This document shows, piece after piece, positions 27,931-40,600 of a stretch of 64,000 nucleotides of DNA. Position 1 is the first letter of the stretch. Each line of letters opens with the position of its first letter. The stretch comes from the human T2T-CHM13v2.0 reference genome, Homo sapiens. The position numbers and the translations under genes are program-made. The DNA is taken from NCBI RefSeq assembly GCF_009914755.1, contig NC_060937.1; one strand, 5' to 3'. The notes beneath the pieces are model-generated. The model saw only the letters and a list, made by a program, of their open reading frames with translations. It searched no databases and had not been told where the DNA came from.

Positions 27931-29912
27931 GAACTGTGAGGAATTGTCAAGGGAATCTCAACCCAGCTACCATATGAGAGAGTTCAACTTACGTTCAATG
28001 TGAATGCCATGGCAATATTAAAAGGTAAGAATTTGCTCCATACGTGCTTGAGGTAAATAGGAGAAACCTAGAATTTATGCAAACAGTAAGAAGTTTGGAT
28101 GCATTTTCTGTCACATATTTTAATACTAGCAGCATATTATATATGTCAATCCATCAGGCATTCAGAAGTACATGCTCATGAAAATTTTTTGCACCATCAG
28201 ACAAAAGACAAGGGTAGAAAACAATTTTAACCCTATAAACACTAGTAAATTAAAAACAGAAGGACATTTATGTCCTAATATATCTATGTTGTGAAAGGCT
28301 ACCCTGTGAAATACGGGAATTCTTAAGCATATTTTAAAAATCATAGGTGTCAATATTTTTTAGAAATCCATTTAAATTTTCTCTTGCTACTTTACAATGC
28401 CTATTTATTTATTTAGTGGTTTTGCTGATTTTGATGTATATCCTAAACTTTACATTTTCTTTAAAGTATGTTTTATACTACTTTATGTAAAATGTTTCAG
28501 TATCTTCACATTCTCTCCCTGTCCTTTTGTTTTGCTCCTATATGGTGGCCTTGAGTCTTTCCTCTGGCTTTTCAAACCTAGTAAGACTAAGACACTAAAA
28601 TAACTTTGCCCGTGGTTTGGTAATGCCTTCTAAAGCACGTCCTAAGCTCTCGTGCATACAGGGGTCTCCTTTGAGCTCTATGCTTTTGAGATCTCATATA
28701 CCTAAATTCCAGTACTCCAAATCAGTACTGCTCAGTTTTAGTTACTAAGTTTAAAAATGTATTTTAATAGCAAGTTAGTTTAGTGCACTCTTACTTCTTT
28801 CTTTGCTGCTGGTATACGTGTATATTCCCTTAAATGAATCTTGGAATTTATTTAAAAATTTTAAATTATACTAATGAAACTGTATATTGTTGTGGATTCA
28901 TAGGTGATTTTGGAAAGAATTTGTCTTTATGATACTAAATCCTTTTTATCCAAGAATCATATGGGCCTTTATTTTTATTCCAGTCTATATTTATATCACT
29001 GAGTAAATATAGAGAAATGTAGATACATACAGCTGTAGTCATAGATAGATACAAATATAGATATAACATGTTAAATCTATATCTATTGCATATAACATGT
29101 ATACATGTTATATGTGTGTGTATATATATATGTTTGTGTTATTAAAGAGCTCCCTTAAAATTTTTCTTTTATTTCCTACATAATTTTAGGTTGAGCTTGA
29201 ATTTTCCTTTTATAAACAAGCAAATATTTATACTGGTTTTAATACTGAGGTTTAGACATTCTATCTTATTTTAGCATTGAATATTTTCACAATTATTGTA
29301 TTATCTAATAATAATGTAACTGTTAAAAATATTTAAAATTTTACCTTTGAATTATTTTATTTTGAATTTAAATTCCTTTAAGTATGATAGTAAATTTCTA
29401 TTTTATGCTTTCTCTATGAATATGCAAATTAATCTATCCATTTCTCTATCTCTATGTAGTAACATATGAAAATCAAGCCTCTCTTCTTCTAATAGACATA
29501 TACACGTTTGCATATAGAATATCAGATTCTTTATAGCATTTAAAATCTTTAAAGACACGAATATTACCTTTTAACAAATATATTTTAGCATGTACTGAGA
29601 ATCCCCTATTTATTGTTTATTTGGAGTAATCAATATGATTATTAATATTATTGGATCACCAAATTTGGAATCACACTTTCATCCTCAAGGTAGATATTTG
29701 TTTTTTTTTTTTTTTTTTGCCAATTTCTTGTCTTACTGTTTCAAATACTGTTGGATATTATTTTTATTTTATTTGGCATTTTAGTATCAATATTTGTAAG
29801 TGATGTACTCTACATATTTTTTCTTCAATATCTGGTAGGTTTTATAATTACTACTATATTGGATTTGTGGTAGACATTGACAAAAATTATTTCTGTATGT
29901 TTTATAGCTGTA

Positions 29913-30455
29913 TGAAGGAATCCAATATATTTTACCCCAAAATGTATTTCCGTGATATATATCAAAATGGCTATTCAGAAGGGCTGGAAATGCAAACTTA
30001 GCTGCAAAACTGTCTTGGGGAGATTTGCATCTGTAGAGAATCTACTTTGATGCAGCCAGGCTTTCTCTGAGGTCTGCTAATTTGCCTGGATCTAGGAAAG
30101 GTTAACTGAGCGTCTGAGGTCTCCAAAGGTCTGAAAGAAACATTTTCTCTCTATTCTCTCTGAGGACTGCTCCCAGTGAGGTTTCACCTACGTAATAAGT
30201 CCACTGTTGCTAGTCAGAGTCCTTTTCTCACATAATCTTTTTTTTTTCCTGTGATCCAAGACCCCATTCTTTCTGTAAACTTCGTGTGGTAGACAAGCTT
30301 CTGCACCCATCTTGTGTGTGGGTCTTCATTCTAAGGGCTCCAGTGTACACACATTGCCGAAACCTGTATGCCTTTTCTACTATTTATCTGCCTCCTATTA
30401 GTGATTTTCAGGGAAACTTCAGAAGGCAAAAGGGACATTCTCCTTTAGCCTATAC
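29913..30455 (+). mobile_element. MER34-family ERV1 solo LTR
   Basis: TGAAGGAATCC...ACCCCAAAAT...GGGGAGATTTGCATCTGTAGAGAATC...GGATCTAGGAAAG...AAAGGTCTGAAAGAAACATT...GTGATTTTCAG...AACTTCAGAAGGCAAAAGGG. Confidence 0.7.
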
Positions 30456-30639
30456 TCAGACAAAATCCCCCAACATTTAAGTGATTCCTAATAGCTTAAA
30501 ATCACTTTGAAAAATCCATATATTTATAACCTTTTCTTCCCTCTATGATTTCTGGTCAGCTTGGGTTTTGTTTTTTATACCATTTACTTCATCCTCGAAA
30601 AGATCTATTTTATGTCTATTTATTCTCATTTATTGACAT

Positions 30640-31092
30640 TGAGAAAAGAAAATAACTTTCATGTGAGAAAAGCAAGTCCTTTGAAATAATCAGGCCCAGA
30701 GAGTTATTCAAATGAGACAGCAGTTCTGTCCTGCTCCTCTTTGAGCTGTGTGTTCATCTAGGCTGCTTGCTGTTGCCACAGTAGCTATAAATTAATCAAT
30801 AATGCCACACCAGACACTACAATCCACACCCAATAATAGTGTAACAGTGTATAGCCAGTCACTAATAAATGTGATTTCCATAAGCCAATGATAATTTGTG
30901 ACAAACCTCTTTGCATCATCCCACTTCTTATCCCTTTTTTGCCTTTAAGAAACTGCTTGTTGCAAAGCTCCCAATGGAGTTCATATCCAAGGATACTTGG
31001 GTCTGTTTCTTCCAGGCAGCTGTCCTCATTTTGGCTCAAGTAAACTCTTTGAATTACGTTTCGTGCTTCAGCCCCTTCCACTTAGATTAACA
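30640..31092 (+). mobile_element. ERV1 MER4-group solo LTR (subfamily uncertain)
   Basis: TG start, ATCAGGCCCAGAGAG, AGCCAAT box, GCCTTTAAGAAA TATA-like, TTTGGCTCAAGTAAACTCTTT poly-A-signal region, ends TTAACA. Confidence 0.6.
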
Positions 31093-31207
31093 ACATGGAT
31101 TTGTGTCACCATGTACAGCAATTAAAATGTTTACGCTTTTCCCCTCGAGGGCACTGATGTGTTTTCCTGAGCACTTGGAATAGCTACATAGTGTTTACTT
31201 TCTATAT

Positions 31208-31400
31208 TACGGTTTCTCAACCTTGGTGTACTTACCTTTAGGACCAGAGGATTCTTTGCTGTGGGAGGCTGCCCTAGCAATGCTAGGTGTTTCGTTTGAC
31301 CTCTAAATTTCACACCTCCACCAGTCTTGACATCCCCACAATAACCCTAGTCATTGACAAATGTCTCCTGGGGAAAACTCTCCACCGGTTGACAGCTCAA
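31208..31400 (-). mobile_element. MER20 (hAT-Charlie)
   Basis: GGTTTCTCAACCTTGG...ATTCTTTGCTGTGGGAGGCTGCCCT...CATTGACAAATGTCTCCTGGGG...CCGGTTGA matches the MER20 reverse complement. Confidence 0.75.
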
Positions 31401-32402
31401 AGTTCTTGAAATATTGGAATTGTCAATTGAGTTTTTATGTTATCCAAAACAAATATTTTTCTTTGTTTTTAAACATCTACTTCCATCTGCTTATCTACTT
31501 ATTTTTACTTTTATTTGTAACTTAATTCCATCAAGGAGAGAGAGTGCATTTTCTGTTATGGTAAATTTTTGAAGAATGCATTGATTTTTTATGACCTGAT
31601 ATATGGATGATATGTAGATATTACATGTTTGTATTATCAAATTTCAGGGTGATAATAAAATAAATACTTATTTATATTGTCACTTTATATTAGTTATTTT
31701 CTTTCTTCACTACAGGAGTTTTTCAACCTGTAGGCTATTTTTCAATTCTAGGTTATCCAGTAGATTTTGAAATGTTAAGATTAAATATCTACTTCTCAAG
31801 CATTCATCTTTGCAAATGAATCAATCCCAAGCTCTTATAATGCACATCATATAAAGGGCAGATTAGTCAATATATGGTTCAGAATTAGTTATGTAACATC
31901 TATAAGAAAACTAGAAATTTAGATCCTTAACTCAGATAACAATAATCCAAATTAAAATTTGATTTCATTACATAATTTAAAATGACACCAGAATACTAGT
32001 AAAAATGTAGATAAGTTTATATAATCCTTTTTAGCTGTAGGACTTTATTATCATAAATTCAAATACAGGAGCCAAAGTAAGATTGAGACCTATAGTCAAG
32101 GGTTAAAGTGTACACATTATAGGGGCATGATTAATCTAATTTAAAGCATAACATGGAGAAATATTGCAAAACATACATGTTACTGTATTAATTGTTAATA
32201 TGTAATCATTAAGTGAGAACAAAGGTAAAGAGTAGCTACACACACACACACACAAAGTGCAATATTGTCAAATATATGTGATGTTCAGCTACACTAGAAA
32301 TCACACCTGTGTTTTCTCCACAGAAGTTTAAAGATTAAAAATCACAATAATATTTATTGTACATATGCAGATAAAGATACTCAAAATATTACCCTAAAAT
32401 AC

Positions 32403-32686
<284 letters not shown>

Positions 32687-33097
32687 AGCTTTTTGACGTA
32701 TTTCAAGATGGCTACTCGGAAGACTGGAAATAGCTTCTTCTACAAGAATAGCTGAAAAGTTGTGTTTGTTGGGGAGATTTGCATTTGTAGAGAAAATCTG
32801 CATTGATATAGACAGGCTTTCCCTGAGATACTCCCTTGTCTGTGTTTACGAAAGATTAACTGAGTCTGGCACGTTTACATTTCTAAAAACCATTTCTTAT
32901 CTACACTTCCCAAGAGGAGGGCTGCTCTCTGTGAGGTTTCATCCATGTAACAAGACTTCCTCTGCTGCCAGGCTCCTCTGTCTTCCTTGTCGTCACTTGT
33001 CTTCCGCAAAGACTGATTGACCAACCTACAGGTCTGTGTTTTCTGTAACCTCAAGACAGCATAGGCGTGTTGACTACCTTGCCATTCCTGGAGTTTT

Positions 33098-33200
33098 TAT
33101 ATATATAGTATATATTTGTATATCTATTTATAATATACAAATATTTGTATATATATTTATAATATACAAATATTTGTATATATATTTATATATATATTAT
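33098..33200. repeat. AT-rich (TA)n-derived repeat with a 29-bp direct duplication
   Basis: TATTTATAATATACAAATATTTGTATATA occurs twice in tandem. Confidence 0.85.
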
Positions 33201-34650
33201 GTAAACTCCAAGTGCATACTTGTGCACGTATCTGTAAACCTTTTTTTCCTGTTGATTTGAACATTATCTGTTTGTTTTATAGACTGAAATAATTAAAGCT
33301 TCAAGGGAAAAATTTAAACTTTCCTATAGAGAAAAGACAAATATGTAGGTGACAAATAATATTTAGAGTGTAAGACGCTTTTTAAAGGTATATTTGTAAT
33401 TTGTGTCAAAACATTTAAATATACATTTGTTGCTTTAACTATAAAATTTCAAATAATTTAAGCTAAATATATAGTATATGCAGAAAATTTAGCAATATTT
33501 GTATGTAGCACCTTACTGTGCATTACTGTAACCAGCTGTCTAATATAAAGAACTAATTAAGGTAACACCTACTTTTCAAATATCTCATTTTTTTCACAGA
33601 CCTATTAAATAAGACAAATAACATATAAACTTTGTTTTTAAATTTACAGAATAGTAGTTTTCAGAAGATGATTTATTTTAGCAAATTCCATCTTCACATT
33701 GTGCTATGCTTTTATGAGTTCCACCTGTTAAAGAATAATATTTTACTGCTGAATCTATCATGTGTGATATAATTGCTCATTATGTGCCTTAAAACACAAG
33801 CAATATAGTTATTTTCATCTTGCAGCAAATTAAAATCTTATCAGCCATTTAAAAACTCTAGAGTTGTCTTCTGGTTAATTATTTTAAACGTATTTTTCTC
33901 TCTATGTTTTTAATGAGTTGTCTTATCAAGGAGAAGAACTCAAGCTGATTATTCTTTTTTTTCTCTTCCATCCACCTCGCAGGTGCGTTAATAATTTCAT
34001 TTCCCAGAAAATGTTCTTTCATATCCATCTTACAAGATGAGAGAGCTTTTAAAATCTTCCATTCGGATGTGATAGGAGTAATGGAAAATATTCCAGCTTC
34101 ATGAATATGGTGATACAAATAGTTATCCGTCTAACCTCTTTCAGTGCCAAATGTATACTTTAGTCAGCGAATTACTCAGTTGACAGGTAATTTCTTCTGA
34201 AATCACTAATGAGAGGATCAGAGGTCTGGCTCTTGTCTGTACCGCATGTGACTCCCAGTGCAGACAATTGTTTCTATGGAGCACAGACAGTTGAAAGGAT
34301 TGACTTCCTGCCTAGAATAGTTTCTGCTGTGCTTCTTATCCTTCTTGTGGAGATTTCAGATTATCTGAATTGCTTTTCTATCTTAAGAAAAAACTCAACA
34401 ATTCTCCCACCTGAGAGGAATGTAAACTGTAGTAAGTTAGCAGAACCAATCCGTAAAGTTTTACATTGTTTTTTTGTAAAATGCAGCTTTGGTGTCTCCA
34501 TCACTAACCTTTTCTATCCCTCATTGCTCTTTCTTTGACTGCAATAGGATACCTCTAGGCAAATCTGTATTCCCGAGACAGAGTGCCGTTTTGGTTAGCT
34601 ATAAGTACACTCAATGGTAGGCGGAAATACTAGTTTTTATCTACGGCGAA

Positions 34651-37600
34651 ATTCCATTCCACTACACTCCACTCCACTCCACTCCACTCCACGCTATTCA
34701 GTTCCATTCCACTCCATTCCATTCCACTTCATTCCACTCCACTGCACTCCACTTCACCGCATTCCATTCCATTCCACTTCACTCCATTCCACTCCACTCC
34801 ACTCCATTCCACTCCATTCCATTCCACTCCAATACACTCCATTCCACTCCATTCCATTCCATTCCGTTCCATTCCATTCCATTCCACTCCACTCAATTCC
34901 ATTCCACTCCATTCCACTCCACTCCAATCCACTCCACTCCACTCCACTCCATTGCATTCCATTCCATTCTAAATCCATTCCATTACATTCCATAATAAAT
35001 CCGCTCCATTCCCTTCCTTTCTTTCGACAGGATTTCACTCTGTCACTCAGGCTGGAGTGCAGTGCACAATCTCAGTTCACATTTCTTTTCACCATTCCAT
35101 TCCATGCCATTGTATTCCATTCTATTCCACTCCACTCCGTACAATTCCATTCCTCCCCATTACATTCCACTCCACTACCTTCCACTCCACTCCTCTCCAC
35201 TCCATTCAATTCCATTCTACCCCATTCCATTCCACTTCATTCCACTCCATTCCACTCCACTTCACCGCATTCCAATCGATTCCATTCGATACCATTCCAT
35301 TCCATTCCATTCCATTCCATTCCATTTGATTCCACTTGATTTCATTTACATTCCATTTCACTCCATTCCATTCCACTCCATTCCACTCCACTTCATTCCA
35401 CTCCACTCCATTCCACTCCATTCCACTGCACTCCAATCCACTCCACTCAACTTCAATCAACTCCACTCCATTCCATTCCACTCCATTCTACACCTTTCCA
35501 CTATACTCCATTCCATTCCATCCCATTCCTTTCCACTCCATTCCACTCCACTCCACTACACCCCACTCCACTCCACTGCACTCCATTCCATTCCATTCCA
35601 TAAGAATCCATACCACACCATTCCACTCCACTCCACTCCACTCCATGATAATCCACTCTACTCCACTCCATTCCATTCCATTCCATTCCATTCCATTTTA
35701 AATCCATTCAATTCCATTCCATTCCATTTTAAATCCATTCAATTCCATTCCTTTCTTTTGACAGGATCTCACTAGGTCACCCAGGCTGGAGTGCAGTGCA
35801 CAATCTCAGCTCACATTTCATTTCACCATTCCATTCCATTCCATTGCATTCCATTCCGCTTCACTCCACTCCACTCTGTTCCATTCCATTCCTTCCCTTT
35901 CCATTCCACTCCACTCCGTTCCATTCCATTCCTTCCCTTTCCATTCCACTCCACTCCATTCCACTCCACTCCATTGAATTCGATTCCACCCCATTCCATT
36001 CCACTCCATTCCACTCCACTCCACACCATTTCACCGCATTCCATTCCATTCCACTCCATTCCATTCCATTCCATTTGATTCCTTTCGATTCCATTCCAAT
36101 TCATTCCATTCCATTCCACTCCACTCCACTCCACTCCACTCCATTTAATTCCATTCCACTCCATTCCATTCCACACCATTCCACTCCACTCCACAACATT
36201 TCACCGCATTCCGTTCCATTCCACTCCTTTCCATTCCATTCCATTTGATTCCTTTCGATTCCATTCCAATTCATTCCATTCCATTCCACTCCACTCCACT
36301 CCATTGAACTGCACTCCATTCCACTCCACCCATTCCATTCCATTCCACTCCATTCCACTCCACTCCAGTCCATTCCACTCTATTACACTCCACTCAATTC
36401 CACTCCATTCCACTGCACTCAATTACATTCCACTCCACCCCATACCATTCCACTCCAGTCCATTCCACTCCACTCCAGTCCATTCCAATCCACTCCATTT
36501 CATTCCACTCCACTCCATTCCACTCCACTCCACTCCTCTCCACTCCACTCCACTCCATTCCATTCCATCCCACTCCATTCCAGTCCTCTCCATTCCACTG
36601 CACTCCACTCCACTCCACGCCACTCCACTCCACTCCATTCCATTCTAAATCCATTCCTTTCCATTCCTTTCTTTTGACAGGGTCTCAGTCTATCACCCAG
36701 GCTGCACTGAGGTGCACAATCTCAGTTCATATTTCATTTCCCCATTCCATTCCATTCCATTCCATTCCATTCCATTCCATTCCATTCCATTCTATTCCAA
36801 TGCATTCCATTCCATTCCATTGCATTCCATTCCACTCCACTCCACCCCACTCCAGTCAATTCCATTCCTTCCCATTCCATTCGATTTGATTCCATTCCAC
36901 TCCACTCCACTCCATTGAATTCCATTCCACCCCATTCCATTCCACTCCATTCCACTGCACTCCAATCCACTCCACTCAACTTCAATCCACTCCACTCAAC
37001 TCCAGTCCACTGCACTCCATTCCATTCCACTCCATTCTACACCTTTCCACTCCACTCCATTCCATCCCATCCCATTCCATTCCACTCCATTCCACTCCAC
37101 TCCACTACACCCCACTCCACTCCACTGCACTCCATTCCATTCCATTCCATAAGAATCCATACCACACCATTCCACTCCACTCCACTCCACTCCACTCCAT
37201 GATAATCCACTCTACTCCACTCCATTCCATTCCATTCCATTTTAAATCCATTCAATTCCATTCCTTTCTTTTGACAGGATCTCACTAGGTCACCCAGGCT
37301 GCAGTGCAGTGCACAATCTCAGCTCACATTTCATTTCACCATTCCATTCCATTCCATTCCATTGCATTCCATTCCACTCCACCCCACCCCACTCCAGTCA
37401 ATTCCATTCCTTCCCATTCCATTCGATTTGATTCCATTCCACTCCACTCCACTCCATTGAATTCCATTCCACCCCATTCCATTCCACTCCATTCCACTGT
37501 ACTCCAATCCACTCCACTCAACTTCAATCCACTCCACTCAACTCCAGTCCACTGCACTCCATTCCATTCCACTCCATTCTACACCTTTCCACTCCACTCC

Positions 37601-40600
37601 ATTCCATTCCATCCCATTCCATTCCACTCCATTCCACTCCACTCCACTACACCCCACTCCACTCCACTGCACTCCATTCCATTCCATTCCATAAGAATCC
37701 ATACCACACCATTCTATTCCACTCCACTCCACTCCACTCCATGATAATCCACTCTAATCCACTCCACTCCATTCCAGTCCATTCCATTTTAAATCCATTC
37801 AATTCCATTCCTTTCTTTTGACAGGATCTCACTAGGTCACCCAGGCTGCAGTGCAGTGCACAATCTCAGCTCACATTTCATTTCACCATTCCATTCCATT
37901 CCATTCCATTCCATTCCATTCCATTCCATTCCATTCCGCTTCACTCCACTCCACTCCACTCCGTTCCATTCCACTCCACTCCACTCCGTTCCATTCCATT
38001 CCTTCCCTTTCCATTCCACTCCACTCCATTCCACTCCACTCCATTGAATTCGATTCCACCCCATTCCATTCCACTTCATTCCACTCCACTCCACACCATT
38101 TCACCACATTCCATTCCATTCCATTTGATTCCTTTTGATTCCATTCCAATTCATTCCATTCCATTCCACTCCACTCCACTCCACTCAATTCCATTCCACC
38201 CCATTCCATTGCACACCATTCCACTCCACTCCACATTTCACCGCATTCCGTTCCATTCCACTCCATTCCATTCCATTCCATTTGATTCCTTTCGATTCCA
38301 TTCCAATTCATTCCATTCCATTCCACTCCACTCCACTCCATTGAACTGCACTCCATTCCACTCCACTCCACCCCATTCCATTCCATTCCACTCCATTCCA
38401 CTCCACTTCAGTCCATTCCACTCCATTCCACTCCACTCAATTCCACTCCATTCCACTGCACTCAATTACATTCCACTCCACCCCATACCATTCCATTCCA
38501 GTCCATTCCATTCCATTCCACTCCAGTCCATTCCACTCCACTCCAGTCCATTCCAATCCACTCCATTTCATTCCACTCCACTCCATTCCATTCCACTCCA
38601 CTTCACTCCACTCCACTCCATTCCACTCCACTCCACTCCAGTGTTCTCCATTCCACTGCAGTCCACTCCATTCCACTCTGTTCCATTCCACTGCACTCAA
38701 CTCCCCTCCACTCCACTCCAATCCACTATATTCCATTCTATTCCATTCTACACCTTTCCACTCCATTCCACTCCACTCAAAACCATTCCATCCCATTCCA
38801 TTCCTCTCCATTCCACTCCAATCCACTCCACTCCACTCCACTCCACTCTATTCCATTCCATTCCATAACAATCCATACCACTCAATTCCACTCCACTCCA
38901 CTCCACTCCACGCCACTGCACTCCACTCCACTCAATTCCATTCCATTCCATTGTAAATCCATTCCATTCCACTCCTTTCTTTTGATGGGATCTCACTCTG
39001 TCACCCAGGCTGGAGTTCAGTGCACAATCTTAGCTAACATTTCATGTCACCATTCCATTCCATTCCATTCCATTCCTTTCGATTCCATTCCATTTCATTC
39101 CATTCCATTCCATTCCACTCCACTCCACCCCACTACACTCCATTCCACTCTATTCCTCTACACTCCATTCCACTACACTCCACTCAACTCCACTCCACTC
39201 CAGTCAACTCCATTCCATTCCATTCCATTCTATAAATTTCCACTCCTCTCCACTCCATTCCATTCCATCCCATTCCATTCCACTCCATTCCAGTCCACTC
39301 CATTCCACCCCACTCCAATACACTCCACTCCATTACATTCCGTTCCATAACAATCCATACCACTCCATTCCACTGCACTCCACTCCACTCCACGCCACTT
39401 CATTCCACTCCATTCCATTACATTCCATTCTAAATCCATTCCATTCCAATCCTTTCTTTCAACAGGATCTCACTCTATCAACCAGGCTGCACTGCACTGC
39501 ACAATCTAAGCTCACATTTCATTTCACCATTCCATTCCATTCCATTGCATTCTATTCCATTCCAATGCATTCCATTCCATTCCACTCCACTCCACTACAC
39601 TCCATTCAATTCCATGCCTTCCGATTCCATTCCATTCAATTCCATTCCACTCCACTCCACTCCATTGAATTCCATTCCACCCCATTCCATTCCACTCCAT
39701 TCCACTTCAGCACATTCCATTCGATTCCATTCAATGCCATTTGTTTCCATTCGATTCAATTCCATACAATTCCATTCGATTCCATTTTTTCCTTTTGATT
39801 CCGTTTGATTCCATTCGATTCCATTCGATTCGATTCCATTCGGTTCGATTTGATTTGATTCGATTCCATTCGATTCCATACGATTCCATTCCGTTCCATT
39901 CCGCTCCACTCCATTCCACTCCACTCCATTGCACTCCACTCCATTCCACCTCATACCATTCCACTTCATTCCATTCCATTCCATTTCATTCCATTGCATT
40001 CTAAATCCATTCCATTCCATTCCTTTCTTTTGACAGGATCTCACTCTCTCACCCAAGCTGGAGTGCAGTGCACAATCTCAGCTCACATTTCAATTCACCA
40101 TTCCATGCCATTCTATTCCATTTCATTCCATTCCATTCCATTCCACTCCATTGCATTCCATTCCTTTCCACTCCACTCCACTTCACTCCATTCCACTCCA
40201 CTCCATTCCCTTTCATTCCAATCCACTCCACTCCATTCCACTCCATTTCACTAAACTCCACTCCACTCCATTCCACTCCACTCCACTCCATTCCATTCCA
40301 TTCTACACCTTTCCACTTCACTCCACTCCACTCCACTCCATTCCATTCCACTCCACTCCACTCCATTCCACTCCACTCCACCCCACAGCACTCCACTTCA
40401 CTCCATTGCATTCCATTCCATAACAATCCATACCATTCTGCTCCACTCCACTCCACTCCCAGCCACTTCACTCCACTTCATTCCATTACATTCCATTGTA
40501 AATCTATTCCATTCCATTCCTTTTTTTATGAAAGGATCTCACTCTGTCACCCAGGTTGGAGTGCAGTGCACAGTCTCAGCTCACATATCATTTCACTATT

